Positions 47,659 to 56,977 of a stretch of 64,000 nt of DNA are shown piece by piece (positions within the stretch are counted from its first letter, which is position 1; every line of letters begins with the position of its first letter). The translations under genes and the position numbers were made by a program. Under the pieces are notes generated by a model, which worked only from the letters and a program-made list of their open reading frames with translations, had not been told where the DNA came from and searched no databases. This DNA comes from an uncultured Clostridia bacterium (lineage in GTDB: Bacteria; Bacillota; Clostridia; Christensenellales; UBA1242): contig CAKNPS010000001.1 of the NCBI GenBank assembly GCA_930990515.1, positions 295,280 to 359,279 of the forward strand, in the 5' to 3' direction.

Positions 47659-47967
47659 TTACATCTTAATTGAAACAATTTTAAGTTCTGTCCAAGGTTG
47701 TCTATGACCTTGCTTTTTACGTTCGTTCTTCTTTGGTTTATACTTGTAAACAACGATTTTATCACCTTTACCATGAGAAAGAACTTCAGCAGTCACTTCA
47801 GCACCTTTAACGGTTGGTGTTCCAGCAACAACTTTATTGTCACTTGATACGAGCAAAACTTCTAAATTAATTTTGTCGCCAACAGCATTAGAAAGTTTTT
47901 CAACTTTAATGATGTCACCTTCAGTAACATTGTATTGCTTACCACCAGTTTGAACAATAGCAAACAT
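47659..47967 (-). CDS. rplU: 50S ribosomal protein L21
   Basis: MFAIVQTGGKQY start at ATG 47967 behind AAGGAGG. The track ORF starts 2 codons earlier at GTG. Confidence 0.95.
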   Translation of the reverse strand: MFAIVQTGGKQYNVTEGDIIKVEKLSNAVGDKINLEVLLVSSDNKVVAGTPTVKGAEVTAEVLSHGKGDKIVVYKYKPKKNERKKQGHRQPWTELKIVSIKM

Positions 47968-48160
47968 TTTCACTTACCTCCTTACATCAGACTCGCTGTC
48001 GTCTTAGGTGTGAGAAACTATGACTCTTTTTGTGACATTTAACTAAATTTAAAAATTTAATTAAATTATTTAAAATTTTAAACACCAAGTTTATAAATCT
48101 TAAACTTAAGCCACAAAAATTAAATTTCCAACTTTTAAAACCCGACACAAGCGGAAATAC
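47968..48160 (-). promoter_or_regulatory. Long 5' leader of the rplU-prp-rpmA operon (possible L21-leader-type element)
   Basis: About 190 nt lie between the predicted promoter and the SD. Local hairpins AAGUUUA/UAAACUU and AGAC-GACAGCGA-GUCU. Family membership was not verified. Confidence 0.3.
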
Positions 48161-48166
48161 TTAGGT

Positions 48167-48195
48167 ATTTTACCAAAAAAAGATAAATTTGTCAA
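48167..48195 (-). promoter_or_regulatory. rplU operon promoter (TTGACA-17-TAAAAT)
   Basis: tgtcaa at 48190-48195 and atttta at 48167-48172 on the plus strand. Confidence 0.6.
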
Positions 48196-48324
48196 GTAAT
48201 CTTCCTAAATTAATAAAAAATAACTTTATTAATTACCGATAATACAAAAAAAGATAGTATAAAACAAAACACTATCTTTTTCTTACATTCATTTTCAAAT
48301 TCGATAATCTTTATATAATTTTCT

Positions 48325-49089
48325 TTATAACGATTTATCTGCTTTTTCTTGTGTTTGGAGCCATTTTCCAATCCAACTATATTCTTCTCCTCCGTCAGTC
48401 ATTTTAGCCATACCAAATTTAAATGTATCCTTATCCTCCGACAATAACTGATCAAAGCAATACAAAGGAAGTTGAATATTATTTTTTGACTTTAACAAAG
48501 TCCCAATCGTTGTTCGACTACCTAATGTTAAAAACTTACGATTAGCATTTTTTGTTTCTACACAACCCAATGTTTTTAATGTGTCTTGTAACAATGCCCT
48601 ATCTTCATCAGAAAAATGTAAATCTTCGCATTTTAAAATTACAGTCATAACTTCTTTGCAAAATCTCATTGCTTCTTTTTCTGTTGTTTTGTCTGAAGTC
48701 AAATCTACTGGCTTAATTTCAGTTAATGCTAAAATTGCTTCACTTGTTGAGTGGAAAACGAATGCATCATGCTTAGCTTGTTCTTCTGCTTGTCTTTTTT
48801 GTTCAGCGATGCCTTCAGGAGATGCAAGCCATTCTTCATATTCTTTTTGTTTTCTTCTTGAATAAGCAGTTTTTTCTTCTTGATATTTACCTAAAACTTG
48901 TTCAACTGTTAAGCCTCTATCAATTTCCAAATTTACACCATTTAAGCCTTCTAAAACAAATTTTTCATATTTATTTTCTTTTAGATATTCGACTGCTTCA
49001 GGAATAATTTGTTCAACAATATTATATCCTGCATAGCCATAGCCATAAACAATTCCATTTTCAGTTCTTCTAATACCACAATAAACCAT
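48325..49089 (-). CDS. Hypothetical protein (254 aa), no family recognised
   Basis: Strong SD (GGGAGGGG) before ATG 49089. Soluble, with a central charged helix (QKRQAEEQAKHD). Confidence 0.6.
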   Translation of the reverse strand: MVYCGIRRTENGIVYGYGYAGYNIVEQIIPEAVEYLKENKYEKFVLEGLNGVNLEIDRGLTVEQVLGKYQEEKTAYSRRKQKEYEEWLASPEGIAEQKRQAEEQAKHDAFVFHSTSEAILALTEIKPVDLTSDKTTEKEAMRFCKEVMTVILKCEDLHFSDEDRALLQDTLKTLGCVETKNANRKFLTLGSRTTIGTLLKSKNNIQLPLYCFDQLLSEDKDTFKFGMAKMTDGGEEYSWIGKWLQTQEKADKSL

Positions 49090-49154
49090 TTTACCCCTCC
49101 CTTGATTTATATTTACATTATATCACATTATTTTTACAAAATCAATAAAAAATT

Positions 49155-50057
49155 TTAATTTTTTTGTTTATTAATATAATCTTCAAAATATTTAGGATTT
49201 GATACTTCAAAAGTCATTTCTTTTAAAGTGGTTGGGTGGATAAATGACAATTTATAAGCATGCAATAATTGCCCTTCCAGACCTTTAACTTCCTTTCCAT
49301 AAACCTTATCACCAACAATTGGGTGTCCCAAATATTTAGCATGGACACGAATTTGATGTGTCCGACCAGTTTTTAAAGAAAATTCAACTAAACAAGTGTT
49401 CTTAAATCTTTTAAGGACTTTAAAATCTGTAATAGCTTCTCGCCCACTATCTGAAACCGCCATTTTTTTACGGTCTTTTTTATCTCTAGCAATAAAAGTT
49501 TTAATCTCTCCACAATCTTCTTTTAAATTTCCGTCTAAAAGAGCCAAATAGTTTCGCTTGCACGTTTTATCCTTTATTTGTTTTGCAAGTGATATATGAG
49601 CCTTGTCATTTTTTGCTACAACAAGAAGCCCACTGGTTTCTTTGTCAAGACGATGCACAATGCCTGGCCTTAAAACTCCATTAATGCCACTCAAATTTTT
49701 TATGCGATATAAAAGTCCATTCACCAAAGTCCCATTTTTTGTGGAAGAACAAGGGTGAACGACCACACCTTGCGGTTTATTAACAACCACCAAATCATCA
49801 TCTTCATAAACAATATCAAAAGGCACATCTTCGGCCTCAGTAGATATTTTTTGAGGTTCTTTAAACTCCACTTCCACAATTTCACCAAGTTTTAATTTCC
49901 AGCCACTTTTAACTTTCTTGCCATTAATAGAAACTAGATTTTCTTCGTTTAATTTGGAAAAATGAGAGCGCGAAAAACTCGGAAAGCGTTCTTGTAAAAA
50001 AACATCTAGCCGTTTCCCAACATCATTAATTTCAACTTTAAAAGTTTGTTTTTGCAC
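49155..50057 (-). CDS. rluD: 23S rRNA pseudouridine synthase, RluD subfamily
   Basis: N-terminal S4 domain and catalytic HRLDKETSGLLVVAKN motif. Confidence 0.9.
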   Translation of the reverse strand: MQKQTFKVEINDVGKRLDVFLQERFPSFSRSHFSKLNEENLVSINGKKVKSGWKLKLGEIVEVEFKEPQKISTEAEDVPFDIVYEDDDLVVVNKPQGVVVHPCSSTKNGTLVNGLLYRIKNLSGINGVLRPGIVHRLDKETSGLLVVAKNDKAHISLAKQIKDKTCKRNYLALLDGNLKEDCGEIKTFIARDKKDRKKMAVSDSGREAITDFKVLKRFKNTCLVEFSLKTGRTHQIRVHAKYLGHPIVGDKVYGKEVKGLEGQLLHAYKLSFIHPTTLKEMTFEVSNPKYFEDYINKQKN

Positions 50058-50070
50058 TTTTTATCGCCCT

Positions 50071-50763
50071 TTATTCTTCATTTTTGTTGTTTTTATCAGT
50101 TTTTTTATCATTTTTTTCGATATTTATGGCATTTTTTGAAGAATTTTCACTTTCAGTGTTATTTTCGTCATCGCTATTAGTTTCAACAATAATTTCATCA
50201 GCATCTTCTTTTTTCTTATTTTCTTTTTTATCTACTTCTTCAATAACAATTGTCCCTGTTTCAGTTTCCATAGCACTATTTTTCTCTTTCTTCTTAAAAA
50301 GTGGAATAAGAAGATAAATAATAAACATAATGATGCCAATGGTCAAGAATGTATCAGCAAAATTAAAAATAGGAAAAGATTGCCAAAAAGCAAATTGAAT
50401 GAAATCTCTTACATAACCAAAAACAATTCTATCATATAGATTACCTAAACAACCAGCAAAAAGAAAGGCAAATGTCACAATAAAAAGCCAAGATTTTTTC
50501 TTTTCCACAACGAAATACCAAATAAAAATCCCAAGGAAAATTAAGCTCATAATAATAAGCATAACCTGACTTCCTTCAAAAATGCCCCACGCAGCCCCAT
50601 AATTATGCACTGAAATAATGTTGAAAAGCCCCGGAATTGCACTCACTCCGGTTCCCACTTCAAACATACCATCAATAACATATTTAGTAACTAAATCAAG
50701 CACTAAAATCGCAACAACCAAAACTGCCATAACAATAAATTTATTTCTCAAACTCTTATTCAT
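50071..50763 (-). CDS. lspA: Lipoprotein signal peptidase II with a long charged C-terminal tail
   Basis: Start at ATG 50763. VHNYGAAWGIF and PIFNFADTFLTIG motifs. About 65 extra Glu/Asn/Lys-rich residues after the last TM segment. Confidence 0.85.
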   Translation of the reverse strand: MNKSLRNKFIVMAVLVVAILVLDLVTKYVIDGMFEVGTGVSAIPGLFNIISVHNYGAAWGIFEGSQVMLIIMSLIFLGIFIWYFVVEKKKSWLFIVTFAFLFAGCLGNLYDRIVFGYVRDFIQFAFWQSFPIFNFADTFLTIGIIMFIIYLLIPLFKKKEKNSAMETETGTIVIEEVDKKENKKKEDADEIIVETNSDDENNTESENSSKNAINIEKNDKKTDKNNKNEE

Positions 50764-50894
50764 ACACCACCAAACAAACATTAAATAAAAATTCAAATTT
50801 TATGCTAATTTATCAAATTTAACTAAAAATTTATGAAAAATATAAAATTTTTAATAAAATTTCTGTTTTTTAATATTAAAAAGAAACATTGTTT

Positions 50895-51257
50895 CTAATT
50901 AATTTCAAGTTCGAAATCTTTTGGCAAGAAAATATACAAACTTTTTTCAATTTGCTCATATCTTCCACTAATAATGTCTAAAACCCCGCTATAATAGTCT
51001 AAAATTTTATTTTTTTCAGAGTTGGGACAATTTCTGAAATCTAAAATGAACGGAATATCCCTTTTAAGTAATTCAATTTTTTCTTTGCAATCTTCCAACT
51101 TTTCAGGATAATACACTCTCACTCCATCAATTTCGTCCGGCAATTTTTCAGTAACCTTTAAATTATAAGTGGCAGTTTTAGGACTTTTTTTCTTTACCAC
51201 CTTGACATCGTCGGTTTCAAACCCCAGTGCCTTATAAAAAATATCCATAAATTTCAT
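50895..51257 (-). CDS. sepF: Cell division protein SepF
   Basis: Start at ATG 51257 behind GGGGAG. DUF552-type C-terminal domain (VRVYYPEKLEDCKEKIELLKRDIPFILDF..). Confidence 0.75.
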   Translation of the reverse strand: MKFMDIFYKALGFETDDVKVVKKKSPKTATYNLKVTEKLPDEIDGVRVYYPEKLEDCKEKIELLKRDIPFILDFRNCPNSEKNKILDYYSGVLDIISGRYEQIEKSLYIFLPKDFELEIN

Positions 51258-51377
51258 AATTTGCTCCCCAATTAGACTATATTTATTTAAATATAAATAA
51301 TTATAACATATCAAATAAAATCTAGCAAATAAAACAAATATATTTAAAATTATAAAAATATTTACTAATTAAAATTT

Positions 51378-51384
51378 TGTCGAA
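51378..51384 (+). promoter_or_regulatory. Spo0A-box-like motif just upstream of the -35 of the 51450 gene
   Basis: TTTGTCGAATT 11-mer. The heptamer ends 14 nt before TTGACA at 51399. Confidence 0.35.
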
Positions 51385-51398
51385 TTAAATATTTATTA

Positions 51399-51427
51399 TT
51401 GACAACCTAAAACCTGTATGTTACAAT
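51399..51427 (+). promoter_or_regulatory. Promoter TTGACA-17-TACAAT
   Basis: ttgaca 51399-51404, tacaat 51422-51427, AAGGAG SD before ATG 51450. Confidence 0.6.
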
Positions 51428-51449
51428 AATTTTATTAAAGGAGTAAGAT

Positions 51450-51833
51450 ATGAATAAAAATTTAAAAGACTTAGTAAAATCAGTGAAACAATGTGATAGA
51501 ACTGCAAAACAAATTTATAAAAAATTTGATGAACTTGTGAAAGACTATAAAGACTTTATCATTGAAAATCAAGTTTTTTTTGCGAGTTTTTCTTTGTGTT
51601 TAGAAAGAAAAGTTAGTAAATCTACAAGAGAGTTTCAACTTATATCACGAAATATTGGAGCAATTTCTTCAAGATTAAATGAAATAAAAAATAAATTTTT
51701 GTCACTTACTGACTACAAAGTTAATACCATATTATCAGAAATAGCAACCACAAAACTTGGTTTAGAACAATATCTTTTCGCACCAAAAGTAGATACACTA
51801 TCTGGTAGTCAAAAGAAAGGCATTACAACTTAA
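51450..51833 (+). CDS. Hypothetical coiled-coil-like protein; the frame stays open for 43 codons beyond its TAA
   Basis: 127 aa to TAA 51831-51833. The same frame then reads RKLLVEHQKELTLNRAKSNNYVLEIGDFASSINKFNNRYAITK* (to 51965), ending just before the terminator. Confidence 0.5.
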   Translation: MNKNLKDLVKSVKQCDRTAKQIYKKFDELVKDYKDFIIENQVFFASFSLCLERKVSKSTREFQLISRNIGAISSRLNEIKNKFLSLTDYKVNTILSEIATTKLGLEQYLFAPKVDTLSGSQKKGITT

Positions 51834-51978
51834 AGAAAACTTTTAGTTGAGCATCAAAAAGAACTTACATTAAACAGAGCAAAAAGCAATAATTATGTTT
51901 TAGAAATTGGAGATTTTGCAAGTAGTATTAATAAATTTAACAATAGATATGCAATAACAAAATAATTACCAATAAAAT

Positions 51979-52008
51979 AAAAAAAGACTGAAATTTCAGT
52001 CTTTTTTT
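51979..52008. terminator. Bidirectional terminator shared by the 51450 gene and tuf
   Basis: aaaaaa-agactgaaa/tttcagtct-ttttttt. Confidence 0.85.
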
Positions 52009-52027
52009 AATATCAACAATTAATTTA

Positions 52028-53230
52028 TTATTCAATAATTGAAGAAACAACACCAGAACCAACTGTTCTTCCGCCTTCACGAATAGCGAAACGAAGTCCT
52101 TGTTCAATAGCGATTGGTGTAATAAGAGAGATAGTCATCTTAACATTATCACCAGGCATAACCATTTCAACGCCTTTTTCAAGTTCAATTGTTCCGGTAA
52201 CGTCTGTTGTTCTGAAATAGAATTGTGGTCTATAACCATTGAAGAATGGAGTATGTCGGCCACCTTCTTCTTTCTTCAATACATACACTTCAGCAGTGAA
52301 TTTTGTATGTGGATGAATTGAACCTGGTTTGCAGATAACTTGTCCTCTTTCAATTTCGTTTCTTTGGATACCACGAAGAAGAAGACCTACGTTATCTCCT
52401 GCACGACCTTCGTCAAGAAGTTTTCTGAACATTTCAACACCAGTAACAACTGTTTGTTTCTTTTGTCCCATACCAACGATTTCAACAACATCGTTAAGTT
52501 TAACAATACCTCTTTCGATTCTTCCTGTAGCAACTGTACCACGACCTGTGATTGTGAATACGTCTTCAACTGGCATTAAGAATGGTTTGTCAGTGTCACG
52601 AACTGGTTCAGGAATATAAGAATCAAGAGCATCAAGAAGTTCTTGAATGCATGCACATGCAGGATCATCAGCGTGACCAGCTTGAGCAGCTTCCAAAGCC
52701 TTAAGAGCAGAACCCTTAATAATTGGAGTTTTGTCTCCTGGGAAACCATATTCAGTTAAAAGTTCTCTGATTTCCATTTCAACAAGTTCAAGAAGTTCAG
52801 GATCGTCAACTTGATCTGTTTTGTTCATGAAAACAACGATATAAGGAACACCAACTTGTCTTGCAAGAAGAATGTGTTCTCTTGTTTGAGGCATAGGACC
52901 ATCTGTTGCAGCAACAACAAGGATAGCACCGTCCATTTGAGCAGCACCAGTAATCATATTCTTAACATAGTCAGCGTGTCCTGGACAGTCAACGTGAGCA
53001 TAGTGACGTTTTTCTGTTTGATATTCAACGTGAGCTGTGTTAATTGTGATACCTCTAGCTCTTTCTTCTGGAGCCTTATCAATTTCATCATATTTCATTT
53101 GTTGAGCCAAGCCCTTAGAAGCACAATACATTGTGATTGCAGCAGTAAGAGTTGTTTTACCATGGTCAACGTGTCCGATTGTACCAACATTTACGTGTGG
53201 TTTTGATCTATCAAATTTTTCTGTAGCCAT
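52028..53230 (-). CDS. tuf: Elongation factor Tu
   Basis: Start at [28 protein letters not shown] behind AAGGAG. 400 aa. Confidence 0.97.
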   Translation of the reverse strand: MATEKFDRSKPHVNVGTIGHVDHGKTTLTAAITMYCASKGLAQQMKYDEIDKAPEERARGITINTAHVEYQTEKRHYAHVDCPGHADYVKNMITGAAQMDGAILVVAATDGPMPQTREHILLARQVGVPYIVVFMNKTDQVDDPELLELVEMEIRELLTEYGFPGDKTPIIKGSALKALEAAQAGHADDPACACIQELLDALDSYIPEPVRDTDKPFLMPVEDVFTITGRGTVATGRIERGIVKLNDVVEIVGMGQKKQTVVTGVEMFRKLLDEGRAGDNVGLLLRGIQRNEIERGQVICKPGSIHPHTKFTAEVYVLKKEEGGRHTPFFNGYRPQFYFRTTDVTGTIELEKGVEMVMPGDNVKMTISLITPIAIEQGLRFAIREGGRTVGSGVVSSIIE

Positions 53231-53418
53231 TTTAAAAATCTCCTTTTTTATTTCTACATACGATATCATATCATATTTTTTTAAAAAATCAAAACGATTT
53301 TAACAAATTTTTTGTGATTTTGTTACATTTTTTTGGTGGCGTTGCCACTTTTTATGATTTTGTTAATAAATAATAAACAAATTATTCATTTATTATCATT
53401 AAAATAGGCAAATTGCAC

Positions 53419-55506
53419 TTATTCAGCCTTTTTTCTTTGACCGATAATGCCTTCTGCAATATTCTTTGGAACTTCAGCATATTTCAAGAATTCCATTGTG
53501 AAAGTTCCACGACCTTGTGTTTGAGAACGAAGGTCAGTTGCATAACCAAACATTTCTCCAAGTGGAACTTCAGCATTAACAATTTGAACTCCTGGTCTTG
53601 TTTCATTTCCAGTTAAAATTCCACGACGAGAAGTGATGTTGCCCATAACTGTTCCAAGATAATCATCTGGCACTTCAACTTGAACTCTCATGATAGGTTC
53701 AAGAAGAACAGGGTCAGCTTTAGCACAACCATCTTTGAAAGCCATTGAGCCGGCAATCTTGAAGGCCATTTCAGAAGAGTCAACTTCATGATAAGAACCA
53801 TCAAGAAGAGTAACTTTATAGTCAACAACTTCGTAACCTGCTAAGATACCATTCTTTGCAGCTTCTTTGATTCCATTGAATACAGGTTGGATATATTCTT
53901 TTGGAATTGAGCCACCAACAGTTTTATCAACAAATCTTTCAGCATCTTCAAGATGTGTTCCTGCAGGAACTGGTTCAATGTCGATAACGCAGTGACCATA
54001 TTGCCCTTTACCACCACTTTGACGAACGAATTTGCCTTCAGCATGTGCTTTTCTCTTAATAGTTTCTTTATAAGCAACTTGAGGAGCGCCTACATTTGCT
54101 TCAACCTTAAATTCACGAAGAAGTCTATCAACAATAATTTCAAGGTGAAGTTCGCCCATACCAGCAATAATTGTTTGACCAGTTTCTTGGTCGGTGTATG
54201 TTTTGAAAGTTGGGTCTTCTTCTGCAAGTTTAACAAGTGCAAGCACCATTTTTTCTTGCATAAGTTTTGTTTTAGGTTCGATAGCAACACGAATAACAGG
54301 TTCTGGGAAGTCCATACTCTCTAAAACGATTGGATGTTTTTCATCGCAAAGTGTTTCACCTGTGATTGTGTCCTTAAGACCAACGATAGCAGCGATATCT
54401 CCTGCTCCAACTTCCTTGATTTCTTCTCTTTGGTTAGCGTGCATACGAATAAGTCTGCCCACTCTTTCCTTTTCGCCTTTGTTTGAGTTATAAACATAAC
54501 TTCCAGCAGTAAGTTTACCAGAGTAAACACGGAAGAAGGCAAGACGACCAACAAATGGGTCTGTCATAATTTTGAAAGCAAGTCCAGCAAATGGAGCATC
54601 TTCACTTGGCGCTCTTGTTTCTGTTTCACCAGTTTCAGGGTTAACACCTTCAATGTGGTCAATGTCAAGTGGAGATGGAAGATAATCAACCATTGCATCA
54701 AGAAGCATTTGAACACCTTTGTTCTTGTATGAAGAACCGCAAAGAACTGGAGTTAAAGCTCTTGAAATGGTGGCATTTCTTATTGCTTTTTTGAGTTCAT
54801 CAATAGAGATTTCTTCTCCGTCAAAATATTTTGTAAGAAGTTCATCATCAGTTTCCACAATTTTTTCCACGATTTCATCGTGAAGTTTTTGTGCTTTATC
54901 TTTGTAATCAGCAGGAATATCTGTAACATCGATAACAGTTCCAAGGTCATCTTCATAAACTTCAGCTTTCATTGTAAGAAGGTCGATAATTCCAGTGAAT
55001 GTATCTGCTTCTCCAATTGGTAATTGAATAGGAAGTGCTTTGGTTTTTAATCTTTCTTCGATAGAGTTAACACAACCAAAGAAATCGGCAGCATCTCTAT
55101 CCATTTTGTTTACATAAATAATAGTTGGTACTTTATATTTTTGAGATTGACGCCAAACAGTTTCAGTTTGAGGTTGAACTTTATCTCTCGCAGAGAGAAC
55201 AAGAACCGCACCGTCCAAAACTTTTAAAGAACGCTCAACTTCAACAGTAAAGTCAACGTGTCCTGGAGTGTCGATAATGTTGATTTTATGGTTTTTCCAA
55301 AAACAAGTTGTACAGGCAGAAGTAATTGTGATACCTCTTTCTTGTTCTTGAGCCATCCAGTCCATTGTCGCCTCGCCGTCGTGAACTTCACCGATTTTAT
55401 GACTTTTACCGGTATAGAACAAAATTCTTTCAGTGGTTGTTGTTTTACCAGCATCGATATGAGCCATAATACCAATGTTTCTAACCATTTTTAAATCGGT
55501 AGCCAT
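53419..55506 (-). CDS. fusA: Elongation factor G
   Basis: [13 protein letters not shown]1 motif. 695 aa. Confidence 0.97.
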   Translation of the reverse strand: MATDLKMVRNIGIMAHIDAGKTTTTERILFYTGKSHKIGEVHDGEATMDWMAQEQERGITITSACTTCFWKNHKINIIDTPGHVDFTVEVERSLKVLDGAVLVLSARDKVQPQTETVWRQSQKYKVPTIIYVNKMDRDAADFFGCVNSIEERLKTKALPIQLPIGEADTFTGIIDLLTMKAEVYEDDLGTVIDVTDIPADYKDKAQKLHDEIVEKIVETDDELLTKYFDGEEISIDELKKAIRNATISRALTPVLCGSSYKNKGVQMLLDAMVDYLPSPLDIDHIEGVNPETGETETRAPSEDAPFAGLAFKIMTDPFVGRLAFFRVYSGKLTAGSYVYNSNKGEKERVGRLIRMHANQREEIKEVGAGDIAAIVGLKDTITGETLCDEKHPIVLESMDFPEPVIRVAIEPKTKLMQEKMVLALVKLAEEDPTFKTYTDQETGQTIIAGMGELHLEIIVDRLLREFKVEANVGAPQVAYKETIKRKAHAEGKFVRQSGGKGQYGHCVIDIEPVPAGTHLEDAERFVDKTVGGSIPKEYIQPVFNGIKEAAKNGILAGYEVVDYKVTLLDGSYHEVDSSEMAFKIAGSMAFKDGCAKADPVLLEPIMRVQVEVPDDYLGTVMGNITSRRGILTGNETRPGVQIVNAEVPLGEMFGYATDLRSQTQGRGTFTMEFLKYAEVPKNIAEGIIGQRKKAE

Positions 55507-55612
55507 ATTTTTCTCCTTAAATTAGATTTTGCATTAAAATTATTACACAAAGTAGATAATTTTAACAAATAAATTTACTAAATTTAGTAAGTATGATATT
55601 AACTTAATAAAT

Positions 55613-55783
55613 TTATTTAGAAATTCCATCATCTTTGGAATTTTCTTTAGGTAAGCCGTGTTTATTTCGATACATCGTCATTAAAATGTTTTTTCGTTTT
55701 TCTTCGTCACTTAGTTCAGTTTCGTTCGCCTTTTTAACACTTTGACGATAGGCTTCCATCATTCTTTTATCATATATAGTCAT
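55613..55783 (-). CDS. Unlisted small ORF (56 aa) between rpsG and fusA
   Basis: ATG 55783 lies 7 nt after the rpsG stop. MTIYDKRMMEAYRQSVKKANETELSDEEKRKNILMTMYRNKHGLPKENSKDDGISK*. No SD seen. Coding status is uncertain. Confidence 0.35.
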   Translation of the reverse strand: MTIYDKRMMEAYRQSVKKANETELSDEEKRKNILMTMYRNKHGLPKENSKDDGISK

Positions 55784-55789
55784 AGGCAA

Positions 55790-56263
55790 TTACCAATTGT
55801 AGTGAGCAAATGCTTTGTTTGCCTCTGCCATTCTATGCATTTCATCTCTCTTCTTAATTGAAGAGCCTGTATTGTTGTATGCATCAATAAGTTCACCTGC
55901 AAGTTTTGCGTCCATTGTTCTTTCTGCTGTTCTCTTTCTAGCATTGTTTACAATCCAACGGATAGCAAGAGTTTGGCGTCTTTCAGGACGAATTGGAATT
56001 GGCACTTGATATGTTGCCCCACCAACTCTACGACCTTTGGTCTCAAGTTGAGGTTTAACATTTTCGATTGCTGTTAAGCAAACATCTAATGGTTCAAGAC
56101 TTGTCTTTTCTTTAATAATATCAAATGCACCATAAACAATTCTTTGTGCAAGACCTTTCTTTCCGCTCATCATAACTTGGTTTACAAGTTTTGTTACAAC
56201 TTTGTTGTTGTAAATTGGATCAGGTAGAACATCTTTCTTAACCGCACATTTTCTTCTTGGCAT
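55790..56263 (-). CDS. rpsG: 30S ribosomal protein S7
   Basis: 157 aa, canonical S7 sequence ([16 protein letters not shown]..). Confidence 0.97.
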   Translation of the reverse strand: MPRRKCAVKKDVLPDPIYNNKVVTKLVNQVMMSGKKGLAQRIVYGAFDIIKEKTSLEPLDVCLTAIENVKPQLETKGRRVGGATYQVPIPIRPERRQTLAIRWIVNNARKRTAERTMDAKLAGELIDAYNNTGSSIKKRDEMHRMAEANKAFAHYNW

Positions 56264-56302
56264 TTTTTTATTCTCCTTTTATCTAATTTTTAAAATTTAA
56301 TC

Positions 56303-56677
56303 TTACTTCTTAGGTCTTTTTGCACCATATTTAGAACGGCTTTGTTTTCTGTTAGCAACGCCAGCAGTATCCAAAGTTCCTCTAACAATGTGATAACGCA
56401 CACCTGGAAGGTCCTTAACACGTCCGCCACGAACAAGCACAACGCTGTGTTCTTGAAGATTGTGTCCTACACCTGGGATGTAGCAAGTTCCTTCTTGACC
56501 ATTAGAAAGTTTTACTCTGGCAATTTTACGAAGAGCAGAGTTAGGCTTTTTAGGTGTTGCAGTTCTAACTGAAAGGCAAACACCACGTTTTTGTGGGCAT
56601 TCTTCAAGAAGAGGAGCCTTTTTCTTCTTTTCGAAAGTTTTACGACCTTTTCTAACTAATTGGTTAAATGTAGGCAT
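56303..56677 (-). CDS. rpsL: 30S ribosomal protein S12
   Basis: [29 protein letters not shown]. 124 aa. Confidence 0.97.
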   Translation of the reverse strand: MPTFNQLVRKGRKTFEKKKKAPLLEECPQKRGVCLSVRTATPKKPNSALRKIARVKLSNGQEGTCYIPGVGHNLQEHSVVLVRGGRVKDLPGVRYHIVRGTLDTAGVANRKQSRSKYGAKRPKK

Positions 56678-56731
56678 TCTATTTCTCCTTTTTATAAGAT
56701 TTTCAGTTTTAAATCATGAATAGGATTTGTC

Positions 56732-56946
56732 AAAAAAAGACGCGAAATTTCGCGTCAAAAAATATGCTAAAGGTAAACACGAACAACACAATCGCGAAGT
56801 GCGACTTTGAAGCGAAACTTCAAATCGGTGGGGTTTGTAACCTTTCCTGCCGTTCAATTGAACTATGTTGAAACTTTCTTTCAACTTGCCACCTGTTGTT
56901 TGTTTATGCTTAAGACAGCATATGCTTCCGACAACGAAACACGCTT
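56732..56946 (-). ncRNA. Unclassified structured RNA (independent sRNA or str-operon leader/attenuator)
   Basis: Bounded by a perfect promoter (56949-56977) and the hairpin GACGCGAAATTTCGCGTC plus U7 (56756-56732). About 40% G+C by my count, clearly above the AT-rich spacers around it. Several nested helices can be drawn by hand. No SD-preceded ORF. Confidence 0.5.
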
Positions 56947-56948
56947 AT

Positions 56949-56977
56949 ATTATACATATTTCATCTTCCGCTGTCAA
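56949..56977 (-). promoter_or_regulatory. Perfect sigma-A-type promoter TTGACA-17-TATAAT for the structured RNA
   Basis: tgtcaa at 56972-56977 and attata at 56949-56954 on the plus strand. Confidence 0.65.

Noticed and set aside
53231-53418. Plus-oriented hairpin GTGGC-GTT-GCCAC plus T-run between fusA and tuf as a functional terminator
   Set aside because: It is on the wrong strand for the surrounding minus-strand operon and has a short 5-bp stem. It is probably incidental.
55575-55590. Perfect 16-bp palindrome TTACTAAATTTAGTAA upstream of fusA as an operator
   Set aside because: It is entirely A/T-rich. By a rough estimate, a few such palindromes are expected by chance in 64 kb of this composition.
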